DNA from: an uncultured Trueperaceae bacterium
Lineage (GTDB): Bacteria; Deinococcota; Deinococci; Deinococcales; Trueperaceae
Assembly: GCA_963799485.1 (NCBI GenBank)
Contig: CAWCXJ010000007.1
Location: forward strand, 32,001-96,000
DNA: 64,000 nucleotides
Direction of reading: 5' to 3'
Numbering within the stretch: the first letter of the stretch is position 1; every line of letters starts with the position of its first letter. This document shows, piece by piece, positions 34,013 to 44,771 of the stretch. The notes under the pieces are model-generated. The model was not told the DNA's origin, did not search any database, and worked only from the letters and a program-made list of their open reading frames with translations. The position numbers and the translations under genes were made by a program.

Positions 34013-35128
34013 CTACAAATCGGGCTCGAGCATAATCTTCACCCCTTCACCGCGCAGCAGCATCTCCATCCCTTCGGCAAACCGGCTGAGCGGCAAACGG
34101 TGCGTAACAATAGCGCCCGCGTCCACCACACCCCGGTAAAGATAATCGATCGCCAGCGGATAACAGTACGGCCCCAGGTGCGCGCCGTGGATGTTGAGTT
34201 CTTTGCGGTCGCCGATAATCGACCAGTCGGCGGTCGTCGGTGAACCGAACACCCCGAACGCGACGAATGTTCCGAGCTTGCGAATCATATTGAGGCCGTT
34301 GACAACCGCTTGCGGATACCCGGTCGCTTCGATAAACACGTCCGCGCCGTAACCGTCGGTCAAGTCTTTGACGCTCTGCACCGGGTCTTGTTCGTTGATG
34401 TTGATGACGATATCTGCGCCGAGCTTTTTGGCCAGCTCGAGCCGCTCCGGTTTGCCGTCTTGGACAATGATCAAGCCGGGATTTTTTTGTTTGATGACCT
34501 GCAACTTGAGCAGCCCCAACGTTCCGGCACCCGCCAGCACGACCGTATCGCCGAGCTGGATGTCGCCGCGTTCAACCGCGTGGATGGCGCACGCTAGCGG
34601 CTCGATAAGGACACCGGCTTCCAACGACATGTCGTCCGGCACCTTGTGAACGCGGGCGTTCACACCGAACTTCATATACTCGGCCCACGCCCCGTCCGCG
34701 ACCTCGCGCTGAAACCCGTAGATGTTATGAACCTCGCACATCCAGTACTGCCCACGTTTGCAGTAACGGCACTCGTCACACGGATAAATTTGTTCGGCTA
34801 TCGCCTTGTCACCGACTTTAAGGCCGTGCTTCTCCCCGGCTCCTTCACCAAGCTCTGTAACGGTGCCGAAAAACTCGTGACCGGGCGTCACCGGCACCTT
34901 GACGTAAGGGTCGTCGCCGTCCCAGAACATTCCGCTGCCGGTAAAGCATTTGCCGTCCGAGCCGCAAATCCCCGACGCGTCAACGTGAATTACGACCTCG
35001 CCCGGCCCGGCGGTGGGTTTGGCGATGGTCTCCAAGCGGTAATCGCGCGGGCCGTAGTTACGCACCGCCATCATCGTTTCGGCGGCAGTTTCCGGTGAGC
35101 TTGTTTCTTTGGTCAGGGTGTCCGACAT
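34013..35128 (-). CDS. eltD: Zn-dependent polyol dehydrogenase, erythritol/L-threitol dehydrogenase-like
   Basis: GP.DYRLE, EQI.PC.EC..CKRGQY.MC, DWSII.D.KEL...GAHLGPYC match recalled mycobacterial EltD. Confidence 0.75.
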   Translation of the reverse strand: MSDTLTKETSSPETAAETMMAVRNYGPRDYRLETIAKPTAGPGEVVIHVDASGICGSDGKCFTGSGMFWDGDDPYVKVPVTPGHEFFGTVTELGEGAGEKHGLKVGDKAIAEQIYPCDECRYCKRGQYWMCEVHNIYGFQREVADGAWAEYMKFGVNARVHKVPDDMSLEAGVLIEPLACAIHAVERGDIQLGDTVVLAGAGTLGLLKLQVIKQKNPGLIIVQDGKPERLELAKKLGADIVININEQDPVQSVKDLTDGYGADVFIEATGYPQAVVNGLNMIRKLGTFVAFGVFGSPTTADWSIIGDRKELNIHGAHLGPYCYPLAIDYLYRGVVDAGAIVTHRLPLSRFAEGMEMLLRGEGVKIMLEPDL

Positions 35129-35189
35129 TTCAGCTCCTTAAAGTCGTGTGTGTTTCACGATTAGTGTACGCGCTCGTTACGTTATCCTC

Positions 35190-35570
35190 ACCATATTTCA
35201 CTGCGCCCATGGTCGACCCGGCGACGATGTGGCGCTGAATCAGAAAGGCCAAGATGGCAACAGGCAAAATCTGTGAGGTTGCGCCCGCTGCTATCTGCTC
35301 CCGGACGGTGTCGGTCTGCCCCCAAAAGGTCGTCGGCACGACCGTAAACGTTCCGGCGTCGCGGCTCGTTAAAAAGAGCGGCATCAGGAACTCGTTCCAA
35401 AAGAGCGCCGTAAAAATCACGACTGTCGCGACGCCACCCAAACTGGATCGGCACGGCGCACAGCAAAACTCGAGCCAGTTGCCGCCGTCCACTTGGGGAG
35501 CCTCGAGCACTTCCCCCGGCGGCTGCCGCATAAACGAGGTGACCGTATGCCAAAGGGTAAATTGGAATTG
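35190..35570 (-). pseudogene. Decayed C-terminal half of a CUT1 sugar permease
   Basis: EVLEAPQVDG (eroded EAA loop), FWNEFL, IQRHIVAG.TMGAVK; no N-terminus and stop lost. Confidence 0.8.
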
Positions 35571-35702
35571 GCTAGTTACAGTACACACCTGAAGTAGAGA
35601 AAACGAAGCCTTCAGCCACCTTGTTGCAACCTTATCACCAGGTGTCTCGCTCGCACCAACAACGCGTCTTGGAGAAAGCGATGAACTACTCCAAAATACC
35701 CT

Positions 35703-36431
35703 CTAGATGTCTATACTTTGGGGTAAAATCACCAGGTCACGGATCGTGATGTTGCGCGGACGCGTCAGCATATAAAGTACCGCGTCTGCCACCACCTCAG
35801 GTTGCATCAGACTGCCTGCAGCCAGCGCCTCTTCCAGCTTGGCTTTAGGCCAGTCGTCGAGTAGAGCGGTCACAACCGGCCCCGGCGCTACCGCGCAGAC
35901 CCGGAGGCCGTGGGGCGCAACCTGCCTACGCAGCGCGTGAACAAAGGCCTGCACGGCGTGTTTCGAGGCGCTGTAGATCGGCTCCCAGACGACCGGAATC
36001 ATCCCGGCAACCGAACTCGTCATCACGACGTCGCCCGTACCGCGCTCTATCATTTTGGGCAGCACCGCGTGGACGGACCGGAAAGCCGCGCTGATGTTGA
36101 GGTTAAGCATGCGGTCCCACGCATCGGGATTACCCTCGGCCACCGGCCCCCCAACGTAGCTACCGGCGTTAGCATGGAAAATGTCGAGGGGTCCAACCAG
36201 CTTCTCTATTTCAGCCCCGAGACCTGAGGTTTGAGTCGGCTCGAGCAGATCAACTTTTAGCCTATGCGCATTTGAACCCAGCTCCCGACAGAGGCCGTCC
36301 AGCTTGTCCTCGTCGCGGTCGATTAGCACCACCTGGGCACCTTCGCCCAACAGGGCGCGAACGCACGCCAGTCCGATGCCTGAGGCCGCTCCCGTTACTG
36401 CGGCGGTTTTTCCTTCAAGCTGTTTGGGCAT
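35703..36431 (-). CDS. rbtD: Ribitol 2-dehydrogenase
   Basis: [53 protein letters not shown] match recalled Klebsiella RbtD. Confidence 0.9.
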   Translation of the reverse strand: MPKQLEGKTAAVTGAASGIGLACVRALLGEGAQVVLIDRDEDKLDGLCRELGSNAHRLKVDLLEPTQTSGLGAEIEKLVGPLDIFHANAGSYVGGPVAEGNPDAWDRMLNLNISAAFRSVHAVLPKMIERGTGDVVMTSSVAGMIPVVWEPIYSASKHAVQAFVHALRRQVAPHGLRVCAVAPGPVVTALLDDWPKAKLEEALAAGSLMQPEVVADAVLYMLTRPRNITIRDLVILPQSIDI

Positions 36432-36449
36432 AGCCTGTATTCCTTTCTG

Positions 36450-37691
36450 TTAGGCGCGGCCGCTGCTGGCACGCGAGCGGCGGGCAAGCGAATCCACGAT
36501 CACTGCAATCGCAAGAACGGCCCCGGTAATCATAAAGCGCAGCGACGAGCTGAGGTTCAGCAAGGTCAGCCCACTTGAAATCGCCTGAATGACCAGCACC
36601 CCGAGCAGCGCAGACCAAGCCGACCCACGCCCGCCGAAAAGCGAGGTACCGCCGATGACCGCAGCCGCAATAGCATTAAGGTTTACATCACCGGTACCTG
36701 CCTGGAGGCTGGACGAGGCCAGCCGCGCCGCCGAAAACACACCACCTAGCGCTGCAAACGCCGAGCAGAGCATAAACGCCGTCAGCCGGATTTGCCGTAC
36801 GTTAATCCCCGAGCGGCGGGCGGCTTCGGCGTTCCCGCCCACGGCGAACAGCGACCGGCCCCATTTTGTGCGGGTGAACGCGTAGTTCATCACCACTACG
36901 AACAGAATAAATACGGCAAACATCCACGGTACGCCGCGTCCTCTTTCGAGATAATAAACGGCGAAGACCAGGGCCGCGGTGATGCTAACCGATTTGATCA
37001 CGACCACGCTGGGACTGCTCGAGGACAAGTTGGCTTCACTGCGACGCTTTCTCGTTGCAAAGTCTCCTAACACCATCACGACGCCGGGCAGCACGGCGAG
37101 CGTGTACGACAGCCAGGCCGGAATAATTAGCAGCTGACCGAAGCGCACCAGCATAGAGTCGAAAGGCAGGTTGATCGAGCCGCTAGGCCCGAGGATATAA
37201 AGTTGAACGCCCAGTAGCGCCAGCAGCCCAGCTAAAGTAGCAATGAAACTCGGCATCTCAAAACGGTTGCGCAGCACGCCGTAAACCAGACCGGTAACAG
37301 CGCCCGTAGCGACCGCGCCCAGCATGGCTAGCGGCAGCGGCAGCCCCGTATTGATCCATAAAATACCCATGATCGCCGAGGCGAGGCCGCTCATCGAACC
37401 GATAGACAGGTCGATCTCGCCTAAGAGCAAAACGCAGATGACGCCAAGCGCGATGAGGCCCACCGCGGCAGCGTCGAATAGCAGGTTGGCTAGGTTGTTT
37501 GGTGCTAAAAATATCGGATTGAGCGACGTAAAGACGGCGGTAATCAGGAGTAGGCCGATCACGACCGGCAGCACGCCCAAGTCGCCCGACCTTACACTGT
37601 CGAGAAAAGCGCGGAAAGCCCCGGCGATCCCCTCGTCCTGACGAACCCTCGAGTCCGCACGGTCGAGTAGCGGAGTTTGACGTTTAGACAT
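36450..37691 (-). CDS. CUT2 sugar ABC permease (XylH-like)
   Basis: GEIDLS.G, PSFIATL, AVGGN.EAARRSGI, IAAAVIGGTSL.GG.G. Confidence 0.93.
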   Translation of the reverse strand: MSKRQTPLLDRADSRVRQDEGIAGAFRAFLDSVRSGDLGVLPVVIGLLLITAVFTSLNPIFLAPNNLANLLFDAAAVGLIALGVICVLLLGEIDLSIGSMSGLASAIMGILWINTGLPLPLAMLGAVATGAVTGLVYGVLRNRFEMPSFIATLAGLLALLGVQLYILGPSGSINLPFDSMLVRFGQLLIIPAWLSYTLAVLPGVVMVLGDFATRKRRSEANLSSSSPSVVVIKSVSITAALVFAVYYLERGRGVPWMFAVFILFVVVMNYAFTRTKWGRSLFAVGGNAEAARRSGINVRQIRLTAFMLCSAFAALGGVFSAARLASSSLQAGTGDVNLNAIAAAVIGGTSLFGGRGSAWSALLGVLVIQAISSGLTLLNLSSSLRFMITGAVLAIAVIVDSLARRSRASSGRA

Positions 37692-37699
37692 TACAGCTC

Positions 37700-38521
37700 C
37701 TAGGCCTCGAGCTTCCGCGCGGCGCGGCGAGAGACGGAATTATCCGACGCCCCGGTAATGGCGGCGACCAGTTCCTCGTGAGAGCTTTCCATGGTAAAGA
37801 CGCCGTTATTTTTACCAAGCCGCAAAACCACGATCCGGTCGGCGACGGCGCGGACATCCTCCATGTTGTGAGAAATCAAGATCACCCCGTGGCCTCGGTC
37901 CCGAACACGTTCGATCAGGTTCAAAACCTCGGCTGTTTGCGCGACACCCAAAGCCGCGGTGGGCTCGTCTAGCATGATGATTTCAGGCTCGAGCAGAAGC
38001 GAGCGTGCAATCGCGACGGTTTGACGCTGACCACCTGAGAGCGAGGCGACAGGTTCCCGTACCGAGGGGATGCGCGCCGCAAGTTCGCGTAGCAGCGTCC
38101 AGGCCCGGACTTCCATCTGCACTTCGTCCAGCTGCCAAGGCGACAGCTCGTGGCCCAGAAAAAGATTGGCGACGACATCGAGGTTTTCACAAAGTGCCAG
38201 GTCTTGGAATACTGTCGCAATCCCCAGTTCTAAAGCTGTACTAGGATCGCTCAGGTTGACTTTTTTCCCGAGAAACTCAATCGTTCCGGAAGTTGCCTGA
38301 TGAACCCCGGCCAGCACCTTGACCAGCGTCGATTTGCCTGCGCCGTTGTCGCCGACTAGGGCCACGACTTCCCCGGCATGAACCTCGAGTTCGATGTCGG
38401 ACAAGGCGGTCACCGCCCCGAACTTCTTGGATACCCCCGAAAGACGCAGGAGCAGCTCCCCGTGCGCTCTTTCTGTCTGTTTTTGTGTCGTGTGCGCTCT
38501 TTCTGCCTGGTGTTGTGTCAT
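37700..38521 (-). CDS. Sugar ABC transporter ATP-binding protein (single NBD)
   Basis: GDNGAGKS, LSGGQRQ, LDEPTAALG. Confidence 0.95.
   Translation of the reverse strand: MTQHQAERAHTTQKQTERAHGELLLRLSGVSKKFGAVTALSDIELEVHAGEVVALVGDNGAGKSTLVKVLAGVHQATSGTIEFLGKKVNLSDPSTALELGIATVFQDLALCENLDVVANLFLGHELSPWQLDEVQMEVRAWTLLRELAARIPSVREPVASLSGGQRQTVAIARSLLLEPEIIMLDEPTAALGVAQTAEVLNLIERVRDRGHGVILISHNMEDVRAVADRIVVLRLGKNNGVFTMESSHEELVAAITGASDNSVSRRAARKLEA
38461..38520. repeat. 30-bp imperfect tandem duplication at the ATPase start
   Basis: Encodes MTQHQAERAH / TTQKQTERAH. Confidence 0.85.
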
Positions 38522-38626
38522 GTGGTGATGTCCTCCAGTCGAAGCGGGCTGAGCACCTCGTCGGCAGCTCAGCCCAAGGGAAGGTGCAGAACCGGAGGGT
38601 AAGCCGGTTTCGCACCACCGAACCCT

Positions 38627-39679
38627 TTACTCGGTCAAGCCGAGTTCGCGGCAACCCTCGGCATATTCAGCCGTACAAAGCTGTTCGGTAGAAACGATGC
38701 CTGTATCCACGACGACTTCCTTGAGATTCTCGCGGGTAACGACCTCGGGAACGAAAAGCTGGGCAGGCGTATCGTAGATCGTAGTCTCGGCTTCGGGTGT
38801 TTCACCGTTGAGGAAGGTGACCGCCACCTGTGCCGCGGCCCTGCCGACGATTTCGCTCGGCTTAGAAATCGTGTTGTACTGATCGCCCGCAATAATCAGT
38901 TGCAGCGCCGAAATCTCGGCGTCGTTCCCGGTGACGGGCGGGATCGGATTGACGCCTTGTGCCTTGAACGCAGCGACGGAACCACCGGCGGTTCCGTCGT
39001 TGGCTGCTACAACTCCCACGATCTGTGCGCCAAAACGAGTGATTTGACCACTTACCCACCTTTGCGCTTCGGGCGGCGCCCAGTTTGGCGTATCGAATTC
39101 AGCCAGCGTTTTGTAACCGGATTTAGCTAGCGCGTCACGCGATCCCTGGGCAATCAGACGCGCGGCAGCATCGGTCGGCGAACCATTGACTTGCAAAACG
39201 CCGCCATTGTCCGTCGGTACGCTGGTGTCTTGCAGATGTTTCACCAGGCTTTCCGCGATAGCGTAGCCGATTCCTTCGTTGTCGAAGGAAACATAGAAGT
39301 CCGGTGCAAGTTCGGGGATGGGACGGTCATAAGCAATGACCTTCACGTTCTGTGCTCGGCCCGCCTCGACAAGCGCAGCCGCAGCTCCCGAGTCGACGGG
39401 GTCCAGCACAATGACAGAGGCACCTTGCGAAATCATCGAGTTGAACTGCTGTTGCTGGAGCGTCGCGTCGGCGTTGGCATTCTGATAAACGGCCGTGCAG
39501 TCCGGGCAAAGCTTGTCCAGCTCAGCCTTGAAACCGGGCCAGTCGCGCTCGTCGTAGCGCGTAGAGCCTTGGTCGGGCATCAGAAAGCCTACGGTTCCTG
39601 CCGTCTGGGCGAAACTGGCGGTGCTGCTCAGCAGAAACAACACCAGTGTTACAGATACAACGGTCAACCGGGTTCTCAT
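38627..39679 (-). CDS. CUT2 sugar/polyol-binding protein (XylF-like)
   Basis: FLMPD..STRY, VIAYDR, YVSFDN, AANDG; GGAGG RBS before ATG 39679. Confidence 0.92.
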   Translation of the reverse strand: MRTRLTVVSVTLVLFLLSSTASFAQTAGTVGFLMPDQGSTRYDERDWPGFKAELDKLCPDCTAVYQNANADATLQQQQFNSMISQGASVIVLDPVDSGAAAALVEAGRAQNVKVIAYDRPIPELAPDFYVSFDNEGIGYAIAESLVKHLQDTSVPTDNGGVLQVNGSPTDAAARLIAQGSRDALAKSGYKTLAEFDTPNWAPPEAQRWVSGQITRFGAQIVGVVAANDGTAGGSVAAFKAQGVNPIPPVTGNDAEISALQLIIAGDQYNTISKPSEIVGRAAAQVAVTFLNGETPEAETTIYDTPAQLFVPEVVTRENLKEVVVDTGIVSTEQLCTAEYAEGCRELGLTE

Positions 39680-39796
39680 CACTTTCTCCTCCTTGATTTG
39701 CAATTTAGGTTCGTAAGCCAGCTTCCTAGCAACTACCTTCCGCCTCACCAGTGAAATTGAGATGGTGTGTACGGACGTAAAACCGCCGCCGAGTCT

Positions 39797-40801
39797 CTAC
39801 ATGGCGCTCCTTTCCCCTAGGGCCGCCGTTGAACCCCGGTGGACAAGCTGTGGCGCGATGATGGCGCTGCGCGCGTGCGCCGGAAGTTCGGTCGGGTTCA
39901 GGAGCAGCTCGGCGGCGTGCGCGCCGAGTGTAGAAATGTCTTGGGCGACCGTCGAGAGGGGTGGTAAGAGCAACCGGCCCATTTCGATGTTGTCAAAGCC
40001 GATGAGCGACACGTCTTCAGGAATCCGGTGTCCCTGCCCTAGAAGCGTCCGCCACGCACCTATCGCAACGATGTCGTTGGTTGCAAAAATCGCTGTCGGG
40101 GGTTTGGATAGCTGCGTCAGTTCGGCGGCACGCTCGCCTAGAGAGAGGTCTTGCGCCCCGTAACAGATATAGGGCGGCTCGAGCCTTACCCCACTCTCAG
40201 CGAGTGCTGCGATAAACCCGTCCATTCGTGAGCGCATGTTCGACACCTCGGCGTCACCGACGAGCGCGCCGATTCGGGTGTGACCGAGTTCCAAAAGGTG
40301 CTCAGCCGCCAGCCGCCCGCCCAGATAGTTGTCTGAAGCTACCGAGACCTGCCCGGCGACGGGCCGGTCGAGAAACACGACCGGCGTTTGAGTTTCTCTT
40401 GCGAGGTCGGGCAGGTCGCTCAGTTCACTGTCGTAGATCACCAAAATACCGTCGGCGCGGCGGTCGAGCAGGTTGAGAAAGTGTGCGCGCTCCCGCGCCG
40501 CGCCGCGGGCCGAATCGCACAAGAACATCTGAAAGCCCGCGTCCCATAACCGGTGCTCGATGACCCGGGCCAACTCTGCATAAAACGGGTTGGAGATATC
40601 CGGGATGATCAGGCCAACCGTCTGCGTCTGCCCCCGCCGCAAAGAACGTGCGCCCTGGTCAACTCGGTAGCCGAGCGTGTCGATGGCGCGCTGGATCCGC
40701 TCCGCCTTGGCAGGCGACACCGGTACCCGGTCGTTCAGATAGTGCGACACACTCCCCAAAGACACACCCGCCGCCTTTGCAACGTCTTTCATCGTAGCCA
40801 T
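39797..40801 (-). CDS. LacI family transcriptional regulator
   Basis: TMKDVAKAAGVS, IPDISNPFY, SLIGFD. Confidence 0.95.
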   Translation of the reverse strand: MATMKDVAKAAGVSLGSVSHYLNDRVPVSPAKAERIQRAIDTLGYRVDQGARSLRRGQTQTVGLIIPDISNPFYAELARVIEHRLWDAGFQMFLCDSARGAARERAHFLNLLDRRADGILVIYDSELSDLPDLARETQTPVVFLDRPVAGQVSVASDNYLGGRLAAEHLLELGHTRIGALVGDAEVSNMRSRMDGFIAALAESGVRLEPPYICYGAQDLSLGERAAELTQLSKPPTAIFATNDIVAIGAWRTLLGQGHRIPEDVSLIGFDNIEMGRLLLPPLSTVAQDISTLGAHAAELLLNPTELPAHARSAIIAPQLVHRGSTAALGERSAM

Positions 40802-40829
40802 AAAACCTTTCTACCGCTTGTGTAAACAG

Positions 40830-40859
40830 AGCTTAGCACACTTCTTGAATCGTTTCAAG
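40830..40859 (-). promoter_or_regulatory. Promoter with LacI-type operator over the -35
   Basis: Minus strand TTGAAA-N17-TAAGCT; near-palindrome CTTGAATCGTTTCAAG at 40844-40859. Confidence 0.7.
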
Positions 40860-41073
40860 TACCTCGCAGGTCTCCAAGAACACGGAACCGTAACGCTAAG
40901 CTACGCTGGATGACGAAAAGCTCGAGGCACGTCTCGAGCGCTGTAGTTGGCAACGTTTTCCAGAGTTGTCAGCTCATATGCTAAAGTTCAGGTGAATGTG
41001 TCAGGCGCAGCGCCGACCTGACCCCATATAGGCGGACAACCGTTTCAGGGCTGAAATCCAGCTATTTAAGTAG

Positions 41074-42417
41074 GTGAATCTTTTGCGCGCGCACGTTATA
41101 ACTCACGGCTGTCAGATGAACGAATACGACACCCACACCGTTTTGTCCGAACTCGCGGCGGGCGGACATCAGGTTGTCGGCACGCCCGAAGACGCAGATT
41201 TGATTATCTTGAATACCTGCGCGGTACGCGGTAAACCCGTTGAAAAAGTCGTGACGATGTTGGGCGAATACCGTAAACAAAAACTTGCCGGACGCGACCT
41301 GACCGTCGGGATGATGGGGTGTCTGGCGCAACTCGACGAGGGTCAGGAAATCGCCCGTAAATTCGGGGTGGATATTCTGGTCGGGCCGGGGGCGATTACC
41401 GATATCTTGAACGCCATCGAAGCAGTCGAGCAGAAAAAGGAACCGTACTGGAGCCTCGAGTTTAAGGGCGACTTGCACGAACACCTGACCCCGGCCCCAA
41501 ATACGCTGACCGGCTTTTTAACCATCATGCGCGGTTGCAATCACCACTGCACCTACTGTATCGTGCCGCAAACCCGCGGGCCGGAAGTCTCGCGGTCTTT
41601 AGAGAGCATCTTGCACGAAGCTAAAGCGATGCAGCAAAACGGCGTCCAGGAAATCTACCTGCTGGGTCAAAACGTCAATTCTTACGGTTTAGGGCGGGAC
41701 GATTTGCCCTCGTTTGCCGAACTTTTACGGCGCGTCGCCGATACCGGCATCCCGCGCGTCAAGTTTACGACCTCGCACCCGATGAACTTTACCTCGGACG
41801 TGATCGACGCCGTAGCCGAGTTTGATAACATCTGCAAGTACATCCACCTGCCGGTGCAGTCGGGTTCAGACCGGATTTTACGGCGGATGGCGCGCGAATA
41901 TCGCCGCGAGCGTTACTTAGATATTGTCGCTGAAATCAAGACCAAAGTCCCTGACGTGGTTCTCTCTACGGATATTATCGTCGGTTTCCCCGGTGAGACC
42001 GAAGAAGATTTCGGCGCAACCATGTCGCTCTACGAAGAGGTTCAGTACGACACCGCGTACATGTTTATGTACTCGGCGCGGCCCGGTACGCCGTCTTACA
42101 CGCATTTTGACGATTTACCGCGTGAGGTCAAAACGGAGCGGCTCCAGCGGCTGATTGAACGGCAAAAACATTGGTCGTACCTAAAAAACCAGCGCTGGGT
42201 CGGGCGCGAGCTGCGCGTCTTGATCCGTGAAGCGGCGACCGATTCGCAGTACGTGGTCGGGCATTCAGACCAGAATCACACGGTGTTGGTGCCGCGCGAG
42301 CAGGTCGGCGAGATGGGCCTTTACGCCGTAAAAGTCGAAACGGCAACGCCGCACACGCTTTACGGAAACGTCGCCGGAATAAAACGGGAGAGCATTCCGC
42401 TGATGATGGCGTCGTAG
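41074..42417 (+). CDS. miaB: tRNA-2-methylthio-N6-dimethylallyladenosine synthase
   Basis: [26 protein letters not shown] radical SAM motif, [12 protein letters not shown]-like C-terminus. Confidence 0.96.
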   Translation: MNLLRAHVITHGCQMNEYDTHTVLSELAAGGHQVVGTPEDADLIILNTCAVRGKPVEKVVTMLGEYRKQKLAGRDLTVGMMGCLAQLDEGQEIARKFGVDILVGPGAITDILNAIEAVEQKKEPYWSLEFKGDLHEHLTPAPNTLTGFLTIMRGCNHHCTYCIVPQTRGPEVSRSLESILHEAKAMQQNGVQEIYLLGQNVNSYGLGRDDLPSFAELLRRVADTGIPRVKFTTSHPMNFTSDVIDAVAEFDNICKYIHLPVQSGSDRILRRMAREYRRERYLDIVAEIKTKVPDVVLSTDIIVGFPGETEEDFGATMSLYEEVQYDTAYMFMYSARPGTPSYTHFDDLPREVKTERLQRLIERQKHWSYLKNQRWVGRELRVLIREAATDSQYVVGHSDQNHTVLVPREQVGEMGLYAVKVETATPHTLYGNVAGIKRESIPLMMAS

Positions 42418-42418
42418 T

Positions 42419-42859
42419 TTGCCCGCTGTAACTCGAGACTTTACCGCGACGACGTTTGTCGTCTGGCAGGGCGGCGTCCTGCTGCACAAACACAAAAAGC
42501 TGGGGCGCTGGTTTCCGCCCGGTGGTCACGTCGAAAAAGACGAACTCCCCGACGACGCAGCGGTGCGCGAGGTTTTAGAAGAGTCGGGGGTGCCGGTCGC
42601 TCTAATCGGCGAGCGGGCCTTGCCCCTAACCGAACCGCGTCAACTCATCCGGCCTCGGGGGGTACAGCTCGAGACCATCGCCCCGAATCACGAACATATC
42701 GACCTGATTTATTTTGCCAAACCGTATTCAGGTTATAACGGCGCACTTTTGGAGACGGATAAAACGCTCGGCTGGTACGACAAGATGGGTTTGGAGGGGC
42801 TCGAGCTGACCGAAGAGATCCGCCACTGGACGACGCTCGCGCTTTTAGAACTCGGCTGA
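42419..42859 (+). CDS. Nudix hydrolase
   Basis: PGGHVE.DE.P..AA.REV.EESG; HEHIDLIY. Confidence 0.88.
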   Translation: MPAVTRDFTATTFVVWQGGVLLHKHKKLGRWFPPGGHVEKDELPDDAAVREVLEESGVPVALIGERALPLTEPRQLIRPRGVQLETIAPNHEHIDLIYFAKPYSGYNGALLETDKTLGWYDKMGLEGLELTEEIRHWTTLALLELG

Positions 42860-42930
42860 GGGCTCAACCAAAAAAAGACGTGGTCAAACGAACCACGCCC
42901 CTTGCTAAAGACCGAGTTATTTAACCCAAG

Positions 42931-43944
42931 CTATTGGTCAAAGGCGAACTGCACCTTCAGCCGCTTGGGGTCGCGTTCAGCGAGTTGCAAACCCCGCTCG
43001 AAGTCGCGGATGGGCAGCGTGTGCGAGATAAGCGGCGCTAACGTGAGCGCGCCCCCGCGCACGAGTGAAATTGCCTCGTGAAAGGTTTTGTTCAGCGCAA
43101 ACGAACCGATAATCTTGAGGTCTTTGCGGAACACTTCAAAGGGCGAAAACGGTACCCTGGCCTCACCTGCCGCCACGCCGAAAACCCAGATTTTGCCGCC
43201 CGGTTTGACGTATTCAAACGTTCCTTCGATGACTTTCGGGACGCCCGTGGCGTCGGCTACCACGTCGAAACCGTAAGGGGCAACGTCTTTAAGTGCTTCC
43301 GGGGTAAGAGCGTCGGCCTGAACGGTCGTTGCGCCGAGGCTTGCGGCAAGCTCGAGCCGCCACGGTTCTTTATCGACGATAACCACCGACGCGGCTCCGG
43401 CGCGCAGCACCGCTTGCAACATCAGCATCCCCATCGGGCCGGCCCCGAAGATCAGCATGGTGTCACCGGCTTGGAGCTGCACCTGTTTAAGCCCCCAGAC
43501 CACGCAGGCGAGAGGCTCCAAAAGCGCCGCCTCGGCAAAAGACAGGTCGCCGATACCGTAAACTGCACTTTCCGGCACCGCCACATAACGCGAAAACGCG
43601 CCGCTCCGGGTGACGCCGACGACCTCCAGGTTCAAGCACTGATTAAACTGCCGCTGCTGGCAAAAGACGCAGCTGTAACAAGGCAGGTTCGGGTCGGCGG
43701 TGACGCGCGCGCCGACCTGAAAGTTTTGCACCTGCTCGCCGACGGCGACGACGACGCCGCTAAACTCGTGCCCCGGTACGACCGGGTACGCGGCGAGCGC
43801 GTAAGAACCGTGCCAGATGTGCAGGTCGGTGCCGCAAATCCCGGCGTTTTGCACCTCGATCAGCACGTCGCGCGGGCCAAGGCCCGGTTCAGCGGTTTCT
43901 AGCACGTCGGACGTAAGCGGTGAACTAATCTGCGCCGCAATCAT
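42931..43944 (-). CDS. Zn-dependent polyol (sorbitol/arabitol-type) dehydrogenase
   Basis: GICGTDLH, GHEFSG, CYSCVFC...C, GAGPMG; ATG overlaps the permease TGA. Confidence 0.9.
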   Translation of the reverse strand: MIAAQISSPLTSDVLETAEPGLGPRDVLIEVQNAGICGTDLHIWHGSYALAAYPVVPGHEFSGVVVAVGEQVQNFQVGARVTADPNLPCYSCVFCQQRQFNQCLNLEVVGVTRSGAFSRYVAVPESAVYGIGDLSFAEAALLEPLACVVWGLKQVQLQAGDTMLIFGAGPMGMLMLQAVLRAGAASVVIVDKEPWRLELAASLGATTVQADALTPEALKDVAPYGFDVVADATGVPKVIEGTFEYVKPGGKIWVFGVAAGEARVPFSPFEVFRKDLKIIGSFALNKTFHEAISLVRGGALTLAPLISHTLPIRDFERGLQLAERDPKRLKVQFAFDQ

Positions 43945-44771
43945 TTGATGGCCCCCATCGTCAGGCCGGTGACGAGCTGCCGCTGCGCGACCCAACCCGC
44001 AATCAAGACCGGAATTACGGCGGCGGTCGCCGCCGCCGACATCTTGGCGATAAACAGGTTGCCCTGCGCGGCCTTAAAGGTTGACACGTAAACGGATAAG
44101 GGCGACGCGTCGCGCGAGGTCAGGTTGACGGCTAAAAAGAACTCGTTCCAGGTGAAAATCATCGCCAAGAGTGAGGTTGCGGCGAGGCCGGGGATTAAGA
44201 GCGGCATAATCACGCGCATGAACTCTTGCCACAAGTTCGCGCCGTCAAGCCGTGCCGCTTCGATGACCTCGTAGGGAACCTCGAGCATAAACGAACGCAT
44301 CATCCACACCACCAGCGGAAAGTTCATCCCGGCGTAAAGGATAATCAGGCCCAAGTACGTATCGAGCAGGTTGAGCCGTAAAAACAGCACGTAGAGCGGG
44401 ACGATGACCCCGGCAGGCGGCAGCATCCGCGTCGACATCATCCATAAAAGCGACGAATCGGTGCGTTTGGTCTGATAAAAGGCCATCGCATACGCAGTCG
44501 GAACACCTAAGAGGAGCGACAGTAAGATGGCAAAAAAGGTGATGATAACGGTGTTTTGCAGGTATTCCAAAAAGGGTGAATTGAACAAGGCGACGCGCCA
44601 GTTTGCGAGCGTCGGTTCAAAGAAAAACTGGGGCGGAAAGGTAATCGCCATCTGCTCGGTCTTAAACGAGGTCATCACCATCCACAAGATGGGAAAAAAC
44701 ATGGCGAACGCCAAGAGCAGCGTAAAAATCGACAGCAGCGTGCCGCCGAGTTTGGAGTTTCCGGGTCTCAT
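43941..44771 (-). CDS. Polyol ABC permease (SmoG/MtlG-like)
   Basis: WMMSTRMLP, EAARLDGA, AQRQLV.GLTMGA.K. Confidence 0.92.
   Translation of the reverse strand: MRPGNSKLGGTLLSIFTLLLAFAMFFPILWMVMTSFKTEQMAITFPPQFFFEPTLANWRVALFNSPFLEYLQNTVIITFFAILLSLLLGVPTAYAMAFYQTKRTDSSLLWMMSTRMLPPAGVIVPLYVLFLRLNLLDTYLGLIILYAGMNFPLVVWMMRSFMLEVPYEVIEAARLDGANLWQEFMRVIMPLLIPGLAATSLLAMIFTWNEFFLAVNLTSRDASPLSVYVSTFKAAQGNLFIAKMSAAATAAVIPVLIAGWVAQRQLVTGLTMGAIK

Noticed and set aside
43078..43902. Long antisense ORFs (this one, 54168..54860, 19714..20379 off-frame, and similar)
   Set aside because: Shadow ORFs of well-supported genes, expected from GC-rich codon bias.
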